IMG/VR virus record: IMGVR_UViG_3300031867_000002
Coordinates: 160,633-224,632 of that record
Direction: 5' to 3' (one strand)
Origin: a virus
Lineage: Duplodnaviria > Caudoviricetes
Length of the DNA stretch: 64,000 nucleotides
Shown here: positions 48,007 through 58,937 of the stretch, piece by piece
Layout: every line of letters starts with the position of its first letter
Position numbering within the stretch: the first letter of the stretch is position 1
Notes under the pieces: generated by a model
The model's database searches: none
Seen by the model: the letters and a program-made list of their open reading frames with translations, nothing else
Told to the model about the DNA's origin: nothing
Translations under genes and position numbers: made by a program

Positions 48007-48044
48007 TAATAAGGGCGCAGTCAGAGTGCGCCCTTATTTTTCGT

Positions 48045-49010
48045 TTATTTTTTCATATCATTAAGCATATCACGAATATAAGATTCATCTGCGTTAATAA
48101 GTTTAAGACTATCAAGCGTTGTAACAAAAGTATACAATACTTCACAATGTTCAACAATCTTATCCATATTAAGTCTAGAATCTTCAATAAACACTTGACT
48201 AGCAGATTCATTAACCATTGCAGATTTAGCGAGATTATAAACCATATGTTCAAATATATTTCTAGTTCTATTCTCACGAATATCTACAGCTCTACGTTTA
48301 CCTAGCTCAATATATCCTTCTTCAACCTTAGTAGCATCTTCTTTAGCTTTAGCACTATTTGCTTTCTTTTCAGCAAGGTCTGTCTTAACTTGTTCTACCT
48401 TCTCTTGAGTTTTTGTAAGAGCTGCTCCTAATGATTGTTTTTCTTCCATACCAGCTGTAACAAAATCATTAACTTCACTCTTCACTCTTTCTGTTATTTT
48501 ACCAACAGCATCATCTACATCAACTTTCTCAAGTTTCTGATAGAATTCATTTTTAGCGGGTGCAGGAATTTTAAATGTTTCAGTATTTTTTGTATCAGCT
48601 TTTTCTAGTACAGATTGAATTGTACACTCTGTAACATATGCCATTTCAGACATTAAATAAGAAGTTCTTTTCATTTTATTAAGAAGATTTGTAGCACCTT
48701 CTTGTTTTACAAAATTAGAGACAAGTTGACGTACGAGTCTTTGATTATATTCTTCTCTAATAAGAACAGGGTCTACACAATTATCTACAAGAATAGTAAG
48801 ACCTTCTACTACAAAAGCATCAGTTACTTTCTTTTTATAATCAATATAGTCATAATCATCATAACCGAGAGAAGCAATCTTATTCCAAATAGCATTTCTA
48901 TCGGTTTCTTCAGAAATAGTTTTACGTCTTTCTACATGCTCACGAATAATAGATTGAGATTCTTTCTTCGCTCTGTTTTCTCTCATGAGCATAATTTCTT
49001 CATAATCCAT
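48045..49010 (-). CDS. Hypothetical helical protein, probably virion
   Basis: 321 aa, late promoter at 49041-49053, several (I/V/L)xE-S/H/K sites. Confidence 0.6.
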   Translation of the reverse strand: MDYEEIMLMRENRAKKESQSIIREHVERRKTISEETDRNAIWNKIASLGYDDYDYIDYKKKVTDAFVVEGLTILVDNCVDPVLIREEYNQRLVRQLVSNFVKQEGATNLLNKMKRTSYLMSEMAYVTECTIQSVLEKADTKNTETFKIPAPAKNEFYQKLEKVDVDDAVGKITERVKSEVNDFVTAGMEEKQSLGAALTKTQEKVEQVKTDLAEKKANSAKAKEDATKVEEGYIELGKRRAVDIRENRTRNIFEHMVYNLAKSAMVNESASQVFIEDSRLNMDKIVEHCEVLYTFVTTLDSLKLINADESYIRDMLNDMKK

Positions 49011-49052
49011 AGTATAACCTCCTTTGAGTTATTATTGTATTTACTAGTATGT

Positions 49053-52000
49053 TTAAGAAGTGACAATGCGGATATTAATATATGGCTTACCATTCCAGTC
49101 ATTAGTATCTGCATGTAGGAATTCAGGCACCATAGATAACATTTCCATATCTTCATTTGTAATAATATGCTGAGTATTAGCATCATAAATATTAAATGAT
49201 ACAAACTCAAAGTAGATTAGATATTCAGAATACTCAGATTCTATGAGAGTTGTAATATTCGGGAAATGAATATCATCTAACTGGTCAAGATTTTCTAAGT
49301 AATCTTTAATAGTATTTGAAATAGGGTCAATCATAGATGCTGCATCGCTATCTTCATTATAGAATTTAGCTCTGAATGTCATAGTAAGTGCAACGTTATC
49401 GATTAAGTCGGTTACATCACCATCATCATCAGTAAGATGGTACATATTAGAAGGTCCATAAGTATTGAAGAACTTATAGTCTAAACCGAACGTACACTCT
49501 AATGGTGCTATAGCATCTAATACATAATTAATCTTAGCTTTCATATCCTTAAGGAATGTAAGTACTCTTTCTTCAGTATTCCAATAGAAATATCTTACAC
49601 AAGGAACTCTATTTACAATATAAGATTCAATCTGGTCTTTCTGGTCTGCATTAAAAATATCATTTGTTTTAATTGCAGTTACATAAGAATTCATAATATT
49701 AGAATAATCATGAATTAGGTTAATGCCTTGATATGTGTTATATACATTAGTGAGAACCATATCTTTTAGATAATAATCTGGAACATATGCTGAGTCTTCT
49801 TCTGGTACTGGAATAGTTTGAGTAAATCTAGTATTTTGAGATACAGAGTTATATAAAGCATCAGCATTATTTGTATTAACTGCAAGAAATTCTCTTGTTA
49901 ATCCATCTGTATACTTAGCTGCATTAGAATCATATTTATATAAAATATAAATCTTAAGCTCTGTATTGATATTTAAGTATATTGTATTTACATATTCTTG
50001 ACTTAGCGTATCTAAATCAAAATCAGAAGGTAAATCATCTATGCCTAATGGTCTTACTAAGTTAGCATCAGCATTAAACATCTTATATTGTTTAAAGAAT
50101 TGCTCTATTGTTTCTTCCGAGTCAACATCTTCTTCTGTATTATATTTTTCTCTAAGTTCTTGTACTATTTGTTTAGAACCTATATAGATATCGTTATTAT
50201 CGTCGATAATATCTACTCTATAATTCTTTTCATCTGTATCAGTTTTATCAGATGTAGTAAATGGTCTTGTGAATAAAGTAATCTCATAATGAATACCATC
50301 TTCATCGGCAATAACATCTTCTGTTACTTCATTACCATTTTCATCAATATAAGAATTAGTAAGACCTTTATATTTAGCAATAGAATACATAATAGGTCTA
50401 GCTTCAGAAGTTTCATCTGTACCCTTCTTATAGAATACACCAATTACTTGTGTTCTATTAATCATATTCTCGTCTACAGTGCCAGTATTAGGTTTAATAT
50501 TAATACTAATAGTATATTTATATCTATTCTCTGATAGATAAGAACTTCTATAAGTATGAATAGATGATAGTATAAATTGGATAGGAGATTTACTATTAAT
50601 ACAATCATACTCTTGATATCTTACCTCATCTATAATATCTAGATAATAAGATGCTGTAATTCTATGTGTATTAACAGCTGGGTCATCTTCTAAGATAATA
50701 CTTAATGGTGTAGTGTATAAAAACTTAGAAATCTTAGATAATACTATAATACATTTTTCATCAATTGGAATTCTACTTAATGAAGAATCTACTTCATTAG
50801 GAACAGGTAATCTATATCTATAAGTATTGAAGTCACCTAGTTCTTCATCTTTAACTAATACTTCTATACTTACAATACGACCATTATTTTTTTCTATAGA
50901 TAATACTTCTCCTAATGTCCAAGTTGTAGGATTTGTATATACAAACTTATCTATCTCTTCTTCACTTCTATTCTTATAATTATCAAATCTTATAAGGTCT
51001 CCCTCAGCAAGATTTAAATCAGCAAAGTTATAACCAGGCTGACCATCATAAGAATATACATCTATAGTATTAATTGTACTTAATACTAGATACATGTTAA
51101 ATCTATCTATAATAGGTTTAAATAATATAGCCCATCTTTCAGCATATTGTTTTTTATTAGTTTCATCTAACGCAGAGATATCTGTTAAATAATCTGGTAC
51201 AATAAATTTTCTTTGAGCAGAATAATTCTTAGAGAATGAACTAAAACTTCTTGTTTCATCATAGAAAGTTATTGATACTACCCATGCATATGAAATAACT
51301 TTAGACTGAGCTACATTGTCTTCATTTAATTGAAATCTTAGTGGGAATAGACACTTATTATCTACATAATTAAGGTCTCCATTACTAAATCTAGTATGCC
51401 GTCTATAAAAGTTTACTCCAGAAACATTTTGAATCTCTGAAGTTTTAGTTATATCTGGTACATCATATTGTATAGTAACAGTACCGTCACTAGTTTCAAT
51501 ATCTTTAGTATGAGTTATTACAGATATCCAACCTTCTTCAACAGGGTCAACAGTATCTTCATCTGTTCTCATAGGATAATGAGTAACTACAGTCGTACTG
51601 CCATCTTTTAAAGTAAACTCTATTTCAAAATCTGCTAGATATGTTCCATTTTCATCTATAGTATTGTCTTTTGTAACTATTAATGTTTGTATAACTCCGT
51701 GTAATGTAGTATTAGCAGCCATTAATTCACATGAATCACATGTGCCAAAGAACCAATTATCATATGCACCGCTATAAACCCATTTACCAGATTCATCTTG
51801 TTTATAACCATCTGGAACATATACACTGTGAACAGCATCACTCCAATATATCTTAAAATATACAGAAGCTTTATCAAAGAAATCATATGAATTATTAGGT
51901 TTAGGAACAGATAGTTTGTAATCATCTCCCATTTCCACATTTACATCAAATGAGTTCTTATACTGTTCATACCAGATATCTAATGTCTCATCTGTTGGAA

Positions 52001-53492
52001 CACCTTGAAAAGTAGTATAACCGTTAGCATTATAGAATGAATAGCTTGTTTCTTTATTAGCAATCTTTTGTTCTAGATAACCAATATAATTGTCTCTAAG
52101 TAAACTTAAATCTGCTCCATCTCCAAACTTATAATAAAAGATTGGTGTGCCAGATTCAAGATAAATCTTACCGTTTACGTTATCCATTCTAGTATTCTCA
52201 AGATAGATTGGAATAGTATTAGTTGGTACTATATTACGTTCACTATCTTTCATAAGATTATATACATAATATACACGGTCTAATATATTATCTTCTTTTC
52301 TAAATACATGAAGAACAGAGTTTTCATTATTAAGACTATTAAAGAAGTTTCTCAAGTCAGTAAGTGTTGTAATACTTCCTCTAGACAAGGCTTCTTTAGG
52401 AATGATATGTTGTAACTGTTCTATAGACTGTCTATCTAAACCACCAGAAGAACCGTCTTCACCTCTTTGAGCAATAATACAGTATAGATTTGTATATCTA
52501 TCTGATGTAAGTCTAATAGTTTTTTCTTCACTATACTCAAAGTTACCACCAGCACCATCTGTTGTATATAATTCAATTGTTATGTCAGAGTTTGCTGGAG
52601 GTTGATAGTTAGTTGGGTCAAATCTAATACGTATTGTATTAGGATTTATATATTGATAATAACAATATTTCTGGCTTGCAATCTCTTGATTATATAAACC
52701 ATCATATACTGGAACCAATGTAACTTTTTTTCCTTCTCCATTTTCAGAATCAGATGGTTCTTTTACTTTAATCATAAAGTGACTCATCTGTTTTTCAAAT
52801 GAGAAACTAATAGTCTTGTTTGCTATTACATCAGAATCAAGAATCTTTTCATAAATCTCTCTATAATATACTTGATGTAGATTAGTTACTAATACGACCA
52901 TATTATCTTCTACATAGTTAAATATTGCAATTGGAGGTAAGAAAGGATTATCGATATCAGATATAGGATTAGTATCATCCATAATATACTTAGCTGTATA
53001 TACATAGTTTCTTTGACTACCGTTAGTTACGTCAGTTAGATTTACATAATTAATTTCTATATCATAATCTGTATGAAATTCATAATTATCAAAATTCAAT
53101 GGAGTATCTGCTCTAAATATAAACTTTCCATTTACCATATTAGCTCTTAGAGCTTTTTCAGGAAACATCATTAATACTTTCATATTAGCAGCTGTAGCAG
53201 CTACTTTCTTTACACCAAGAGATAATGCGTGTGTAATTACATTTCTATCAAACTTTGCTCTAGTAGGAATAGCCTCGTTAGATAATTCGGATGCTGTTAC
53301 AATTGCATTTTGTAATAAAGAAGCAAACTGATATCCAAGATACCCATACATTCCTACTAATAAAGTTTCTTTACCATTATCTACACCATCAATATTCTTC
53401 TTTTTAATATCATCTACAAATCTTGTTATATCATAGATATCAGAATTAAGAATTTTACTAGATGTAGTTTCTGTAGTCTTCTTAATAGACAT
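49053..53492 (-). CDS. Baseplate wedge protein (T4 gp6 / baseplate-J-like)
   Basis: N-terminal NEAIPTRAKFDRNVITHALSLG and GGLDRQSIEQL...SRGSITTLTDL motifs typical of baseplate-J/gp6, with large insertions. Confidence 0.7.
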   Translation of the reverse strand: MSIKKTTETTSSKILNSDIYDITRFVDDIKKKNIDGVDNGKETLLVGMYGYLGYQFASLLQNAIVTASELSNEAIPTRAKFDRNVITHALSLGVKKVAATAANMKVLMMFPEKALRANMVNGKFIFRADTPLNFDNYEFHTDYDIEINYVNLTDVTNGSQRNYVYTAKYIMDDTNPISDIDNPFLPPIAIFNYVEDNMVVLVTNLHQVYYREIYEKILDSDVIANKTISFSFEKQMSHFMIKVKEPSDSENGEGKKVTLVPVYDGLYNQEIASQKYCYYQYINPNTIRIRFDPTNYQPPANSDITIELYTTDGAGGNFEYSEEKTIRLTSDRYTNLYCIIAQRGEDGSSGGLDRQSIEQLQHIIPKEALSRGSITTLTDLRNFFNSLNNENSVLHVFRKEDNILDRVYYVYNLMKDSERNIVPTNTIPIYLENTRMDNVNGKIYLESGTPIFYYKFGDGADLSLLRDNYIGYLEQKIANKETSYSFYNANGYTTFQGVPTDETLDIWYEQYKNSFDVNVEMGDDYKLSVPKPNNSYDFFDKASVYFKIYWSDAVHSVYVPDGYKQDESGKWVYSGAYDNWFFGTCDSCELMAANTTLHGVIQTLIVTKDNTIDENGTYLADFEIEFTLKDGSTTVVTHYPMRTDEDTVDPVEEGWISVITHTKDIETSDGTVTIQYDVPDITKTSEIQNVSGVNFYRRHTRFSNGDLNYVDNKCLFPLRFQLNEDNVAQSKVISYAWVVSITFYDETRSFSSFSKNYSAQRKFIVPDYLTDISALDETNKKQYAERWAILFKPIIDRFNMYLVLSTINTIDVYSYDGQPGYNFADLNLAEGDLIRFDNYKNRSEEEIDKFVYTNPTTWTLGEVLSIEKNNGRIVSIEVLVKDEELGDFNTYRYRLPVPNEVDSSLSRIPIDEKCIIVLSKISKFLYTTPLSIILEDDPAVNTHRITASYYLDIIDEVRYQEYDCINSKSPIQFILSSIHTYRSSYLSENRYKYTISINIKPNTGTVDENMINRTQVIGVFYKKGTDETSEARPIMYSIAKYKGLTNSYIDENGNEVTEDVIADEDGIHYEITLFTRPFTTSDKTDTDEKNYRVDIIDDNNDIYIGSKQIVQELREKYNTEEDVDSEETIEQFFKQYKMFNADANLVRPLGIDDLPSDFDLDTLSQEYVNTIYLNINTELKIYILYKYDSNAAKYTDGLTREFLAVNTNNADALYNSVSQNTRFTQTIPVPEEDSAYVPDYYLKDMVLTNVYNTYQGINLIHDYSNIMNSYVTAIKTNDIFNADQKDQIESYIVNRVPCVRYFYWNTEERVLTFLKDMKAKINYVLDAIAPLECTFGLDYKFFNTYGPSNMYHLTDDDGDVTDLIDNVALTMTFRAKFYNEDSDAASMIDPISNTIKDYLENLDQLDDIHFPNITTLIESEYSEYLIYFEFVSFNIYDANTQHIITNEDMEMLSMVPEFLHADTNDWNGKPYINIRIVTS

Positions 53493-53510
53493 AGTTTCCC
53501 TCCTTTACAA

Positions 53511-54929
53511 TTAAGATGTCCATACAAGTTTATAAAAGTATGATGGTGCTTTAGTACCATGACCAACATCTCCAGTTCTAGCAACTGTTCTAAAATTACT
53601 ATTTTCATTTTCACTTTTATCCATCACTACATAAGGATATCCAACCCAAGTTTCTCCATTAGAAGGCATAGAGAATTTTCTTGCATTAGCACCATGCATA
53701 GATTGTTTAGATAGATAATTTAATTCTAATAGATTTATTGGGTCCATGTCTTTAACAAATTGAGCTTTCCAGTTTATAGTAAACTTAATCTGATTCTCAA
53801 AGTTAGATAAAGAGCCTCTTGGTACAGACATAGGTGTACATCCAATTGCTTTAGCCCAATACATAATTCTGTCTGTATCATCTACTATAACTTTCCATAT
53901 AGACATTGCCTCTGGGTATATTCTATTAACCACATAATCTGGATTAACTGGTTCTATTTCTTCTATATACTTATGCCTACAATACTCATCATAAATTTTG
54001 AAAAGCATATATACATCTAAATATTTTGTATCTTTAAACTCAGTAGAAAAGTCATATTGTAAATCAGATGTAATAGAACCTTCTCTATAAGTAGTATTAA
54101 TCTGATATAGATTTCTGTTATTCTCCACATCACCAGCAGTTATATCATTAAGGTCTATTGTACTAGTAATCATATTAGATAACAATGGAATATATTTACA
54201 ATAAGGGTCAAACTTTGATGTAGTTTCAGCACCCATTACACCAATCTCACCTGGTAATGAATTACCTCTACCAGCAAATGTTTGTTGTAATGAATAGAAA
54301 CTATATTTATAGTGTTTAAATGCTTCCATCAAAAAAGAATTAGAAGTTAATGGGTTATATATTTCATTGTTACTACCCATAAGGTGTAAGTCTGGCTTAG
54401 AAAAGAATACATACTCTCTTGTTCCAGTTATAAACTCATTAGGAGCATCTATATATCCATAACGGCTAAATCTACTAAAACGATTCTTATACATATTCTC
54501 TGGGTCTGGTAACATAGTAGTACCTTTAAAGAAATCTTCATATGTTATCTTAGAAGATTTATTGTCGTCTTTAGACATATCGAATGCTTTACTTAAAGTA
54601 GCATCGCTTTTATATTGTCCTATAGTAGATTCTTCTTCTGCACGATATCTAGTATATTGAGTATCGTGAGTATACTTATTCATAACTTGCTGTGCATGAT
54701 ATAAACCACCATCGCGTATATCTAATTTAGGGTCTTTTACATTAATTAAATGCTCACTATTCATAGATGATGCATTTCCAGCTCCTATATTAGCTCTAAC
54801 AGATAAATATGATTCATTAGCTAATCTATTAATAGTATCTGTATTAGTATTTCTATGATATTCTTCTATAAAGCTTAAGCCATCACTATTATTAGCTTTA
54901 AATTCACCCACTGATTTTCCAATGTCCAT
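53511..54929 (-). CDS. Putative baseplate/tail structural protein
   Basis: ATG 54929 with AAGGAGG RBS and promoter at 54958-54970; co-transcribed with the wedge gene. Confidence 0.5.
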   Translation of the reverse strand: MDIGKSVGEFKANNSDGLSFIEEYHRNTNTDTINRLANESYLSVRANIGAGNASSMNSEHLINVKDPKLDIRDGGLYHAQQVMNKYTHDTQYTRYRAEEESTIGQYKSDATLSKAFDMSKDDNKSSKITYEDFFKGTTMLPDPENMYKNRFSRFSRYGYIDAPNEFITGTREYVFFSKPDLHLMGSNNEIYNPLTSNSFLMEAFKHYKYSFYSLQQTFAGRGNSLPGEIGVMGAETTSKFDPYCKYIPLLSNMITSTIDLNDITAGDVENNRNLYQINTTYREGSITSDLQYDFSTEFKDTKYLDVYMLFKIYDEYCRHKYIEEIEPVNPDYVVNRIYPEAMSIWKVIVDDTDRIMYWAKAIGCTPMSVPRGSLSNFENQIKFTINWKAQFVKDMDPINLLELNYLSKQSMHGANARKFSMPSNGETWVGYPYVVMDKSENENSNFRTVARTGDVGHGTKAPSYFYKLVWTS

Positions 54930-55107
54930 AATTACTCCTCCTTTCATAATCTTACGATTATCTAAATGTTCAAGAGGGTAAAGTACTACATATTTATATA
55001 CTATTAATGTGTATGAATAGAGTGTATCGTTAAAAGATATACCTTTAGTCTCACTGAGAAGTTATACACGAGTATTATATTTTAGAAAGGCTAAAAGGTG
55101 ATTAACA

Positions 55108-55497
55108 ATGAATAGTACAGATTTTCATAATTGTATGGTAAAAAATAGAGAAGTATACGCTAAAGAGCAAGCTAGACTTGAGCATATATATGAACAAGAA
55201 AAAGCAAAGTATTCTAACACTTATACTCCACCAGTAACCACATCTCCAAATACATCTAATTTTAAAGGCGGATACTATCAACCACCACAGCAAATAAACA
55301 ATAGTAATATTGAAGCTAGACTTGATAGAATAGAAGCTAGAATAGATAAACTATATGAGATATTTGGATGTAAAGAATATAAGTACAATGGACTGTTTGT
55401 AGTTGCTCCAGAAAATGCAAGCATAAATGCGTCTACTACTTTTACACTTACTGATGACCAATTCAAGATGTTAATGAAACAGCTTATGAACGATTAA
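55108..55497 (+). CDS. Small early protein with coiled-coil segment (IEARLDRIEARIDKL)
   Basis: Early-type promoter at 54995-55011 and a roughly 95-nt leader. Confidence 0.65.
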   Translation: MNSTDFHNCMVKNREVYAKEQARLEHIYEQEKAKYSNTYTPPVTTSPNTSNFKGGYYQPPQQINNSNIEARLDRIEARIDKLYEIFGCKEYKYNGLFVVAPENASINASTTFTLTDDQFKMLMKQLMND

Positions 55498-55575
55498 TTA
55501 GAGCATCTGTCTTGACGATACACTTTATTTTTTGAAACATATCTATAAAATCTGAGTATAAAGGAGGTAACTCAT

Positions 55576-57273
55576 ATGAATGGAAGAGAGTATTTTCACG
55601 AATCTGTTGTTAAAGATATCGTGGATATTCTAACAGACCTAAAAGATTTTGATGAAGTACAATTCATCAACAATGCTAATGCTAGAAGAAGCTTTAAGTC
55701 TATTACTTCTGCTACTAAAGATTTGATTCTTACTTTCCCAGTAATGGTTAGCACAGATATTGAACCTGATAATGCAATCATGATTGCTAAAGCACAAGAG
55801 AAGAAGATGGCATCTCTTCTTCATATTCTTTTTACCGCTATTAGCGTTGATACTAATGAAGATGTATATGATTATGTACGTAAATTCCATGCTAATGTAG
55901 GTAGTATGAATGGTACATTGGATAGCTATGCTGATGCATTTGATAAACTAGCAACTACATTTGGTGAATCTTATGACGCTACTCTTAAAATTGACCATGA
56001 AGTACTTAATACAGTACTGGAAGAGCTTAAGGAGTCTAACTATACACTTCCTGATAATGTAAATGAATCTAGTCTTGAATCCTATAAAGTTGTACCTGGT
56101 TATAGAACTGGTTATAATGACATGATTATTCATGAAGCTAATTATAAAAATAATCAACTTGATGCAGCTTATATGGGTGCTATGCAAACATTAGCTAATC
56201 CAAATGCATCTAATTCAGCTAAATCACAAGCTAATGCTGTAATAACTTCATGGAATAATATTCAAAACGCACGTCATCAACCAAGTATAAGAGTACAACA
56301 ACAGCAAGGAGGATATAGTAATAGAAACGATAACTATACACATTCGGATAGAGAGGATGCTGCGATGGATTCAGATATAATTTATGATTTTGAACATATG
56401 ACTCAACAAGAAATAGATGATGCAAAAAACAATGGAACATATGACAATATAAAAAGAGAATATGAAAGAGCTAAAGCAAGAATGGAACAACGAAATAAAC
56501 CTAATGAAACAATTCAAAGAAGAATTGACCAAGGTCCTAAAGCAAAAGATATGGGTCCTACCGATATGGCTAAGTATATGGAATCTATAACTAAAGCTCA
56601 TAATGCGATTGTTCTTAACAATGAATATAAGAAAGCAAATGAACTTCAGCCTACTATGATGATAGTTAACTTTATGAAGAAAGATAAGAATGATGAAGGA
56701 TATATTAATACTGCTGTTATTGGAATTAAATGTAAAATTTATCCTATCACTTCTGCTGATATTGTTAATCGTATATCTGGTAAGCTTCAAGACAAGAGCT
56801 TTCTTACTAACTTTGTAAGGGCAACTACAAATGAGATTGCTTTCTTTAGAGATTTCTTATTTGCTGTTGACCAAGCTAAGTTTGATGCTAAATCTTATGG
56901 TAAGAATGCTTCTTCTAATAAGCTTTGGAAGGTTCTTGAAAGACGCTCTACTAAGTCTAAGTTCCGTCGTTCTCTCAAGATGTATAATGATGCTACTGCT
57001 ATCTCTACTCTTGTAATGTCGGAAAATGATTCTGAATATCTCAAGAAAGTTCATAGTATTGATATTCTTGATGTATCTAGAGCTAGAAAGATTATGGATG
57101 CGTATAACTTTATGTGTCTTGTAGTAGCTAATCAGTCTACTGAAGTTGCATCTTTCCTCTATGATACTGGAGATGATACTTATGAAATGATTCCTTTCTC
57201 TGGTTTAGAGCGTGAGGCATCTGATAACAGTTATAAGAAGATGGTTAACCTACTATCTAAGGTTAGCAGATAA
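55576..57273 (+). CDS. Putative virion head protein
   Basis: 565 aa, late promoter at 55536-55548, FHE-S/VNE-S/IHE-A sites, central low-complexity insertion. Confidence 0.6.
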   Translation: MNGREYFHESVVKDIVDILTDLKDFDEVQFINNANARRSFKSITSATKDLILTFPVMVSTDIEPDNAIMIAKAQEKKMASLLHILFTAISVDTNEDVYDYVRKFHANVGSMNGTLDSYADAFDKLATTFGESYDATLKIDHEVLNTVLEELKESNYTLPDNVNESSLESYKVVPGYRTGYNDMIIHEANYKNNQLDAAYMGAMQTLANPNASNSAKSQANAVITSWNNIQNARHQPSIRVQQQQGGYSNRNDNYTHSDREDAAMDSDIIYDFEHMTQQEIDDAKNNGTYDNIKREYERAKARMEQRNKPNETIQRRIDQGPKAKDMGPTDMAKYMESITKAHNAIVLNNEYKKANELQPTMMIVNFMKKDKNDEGYINTAVIGIKCKIYPITSADIVNRISGKLQDKSFLTNFVRATTNEIAFFRDFLFAVDQAKFDAKSYGKNASSNKLWKVLERRSTKSKFRRSLKMYNDATAISTLVMSENDSEYLKKVHSIDILDVSRARKIMDAYNFMCLVVANQSTEVASFLYDTGDDTYEMIPFSGLEREASDNSYKKMVNLLSKVSR

Positions 57274-57293
57274 CAAGAAAGGAGGTTAACTAT

Positions 57294-58937
57294 ATGGCTA
57301 TTTTTTCTGATTTAGAACTCCAACGTATCATGAATGAAGACCACGTATCTCTTTCTGTAGATACTAGAGAAACAGATTCTAAAATCAAAAAACGGATTCA
57401 AGATAGAACAGGACAAATAAAGGACCTTGCTGCTAAAGCTACTGCTAATGCTAAGAGTAATATCTGGCTTAACAAGAAAAAAGCTGACGATTCTTCTAAA
57501 GGTAAGAATAAGATTACCTTTAAAGAAGATGCTAATGGTAATATTATTGACTGTACTCTTGAAGGTGAAGAATACTTTGAAGAAGGTAAGAATGCCTCTA
57601 CTACAAAGCAGCTTGAAAAGAAAGCAGATGATATGAGACGTGACCTTACTAACTCTACTGCTGTTGAATTTGAAAAAGAGAAACAGAGTTGGAAAGAAAA
57701 GCCTGCTGAAAAGGCACTTACTACTGTAGCAGATATTGCTACTGGTGGTGGTGTTATTAGAAGTGGTGCTAAGTTTCTTGGTAAAGGTGTAGATAAAGGC
57801 ATTAAGTCTACTCAACAGATTATCAAGAAACAAGAAAAGAAGCGTAAAGCTGCTAATGAAGCTGTTGACTGGAGAGATATCTATCGCTCTGAAGAATATA
57901 CTCGTGCAATGAATGAATTCTTTGATATCACAGATAGAGAAACTCGTAAAGTTCTTCTTGCAGTTAATGAAGCTGACCAAAATAAGGTTCTTGTATCTTT
58001 AACTTCTAAGTTATATGATAACGTGGTGGATAGAGTAGACGATATCGACTTTGGTGAGATTGAACGCTCTAGAGGTGATATTGAGAAACTTCCTAATTTT
58101 GAGACTCTCCATGAGTGTCTTAATAATATGGCTCGTCTGCTTATTGAATTCAAACAGGATACTAAACCTGTTGATACAATTGCAGAGTCTGTATCCGATA
58201 TCATTGAATCTAAGGGTATCTGGACTAAAGCATATGCTGTTAATTCAGAACTTCCTATGATTACTTATAATACTATTACATTAGCAATCATAGAAGCTAC
58301 TTCATATATGGTATCTATGTGTGTAGATTTTGTTAAATCTCCATCTCAAGATACTATACAGATTATGATTGATAAGTCTGCTCTTACCAAGTCTAAGGGA
58401 CATCTTCTGTTTAAGAATCTTGAATCTTTTAATGAAGCTTATCGTAAAGGACAAGTTACTAAGGCTATGGAGCATGTGCTTGACGAGACTGTATCTAAAA
58501 AGACTATGGATACTTCCAAAAAGAACTTCCTTGGTTTTGGTATTTATACTGGTGGTGCAGCTGTAGCAGCTGTTGTTGGTGTAGCTGGATTGTTATTCTG
58601 TATTATTCCTATTATTAGAGAACTTATTTTCTTATTCTTCTATTATAGAGTAAGAATCTCTGAATTCTTTGATGTTCAAGCTGACCTATTACAGGTTAAT
58701 GCATACAATGTAGAGAATAATAGACTTGACCTTACTAAAGAAGAAAGAAAAAATATCTCAAAAAAGCAGATGAAGGTTGCAGATGATTTCCGTAAGATTG
58801 CTCGTAAGATTGCAGTTGATGGTTCTACAGCAGAAAAGTCTGCTAGTAAAGATATTAAAGCAGAAGATAGTAAGAAGTATAAAGCTAGTGATGTAATGGA
58901 TGAACTACCAGATTCTGCTAGCTCTGCACTATTCTAA
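57294..58937 (+). CDS. Putative virion protein with C-terminal hydrophobic segment
   Basis: 547 aa; GGAAVAAVVGVAGLLFCIIPII segment; MAIFS N-terminus. Confidence 0.6.
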   Translation: MAIFSDLELQRIMNEDHVSLSVDTRETDSKIKKRIQDRTGQIKDLAAKATANAKSNIWLNKKKADDSSKGKNKITFKEDANGNIIDCTLEGEEYFEEGKNASTTKQLEKKADDMRRDLTNSTAVEFEKEKQSWKEKPAEKALTTVADIATGGGVIRSGAKFLGKGVDKGIKSTQQIIKKQEKKRKAANEAVDWRDIYRSEEYTRAMNEFFDITDRETRKVLLAVNEADQNKVLVSLTSKLYDNVVDRVDDIDFGEIERSRGDIEKLPNFETLHECLNNMARLLIEFKQDTKPVDTIAESVSDIIESKGIWTKAYAVNSELPMITYNTITLAIIEATSYMVSMCVDFVKSPSQDTIQIMIDKSALTKSKGHLLFKNLESFNEAYRKGQVTKAMEHVLDETVSKKTMDTSKKNFLGFGIYTGGAAVAAVVGVAGLLFCIIPIIRELIFLFFYYRVRISEFFDVQADLLQVNAYNVENNRLDLTKEERKNISKKQMKVADDFRKIARKIAVDGSTAEKSASKDIKAEDSKKYKASDVMDELPDSASSALF

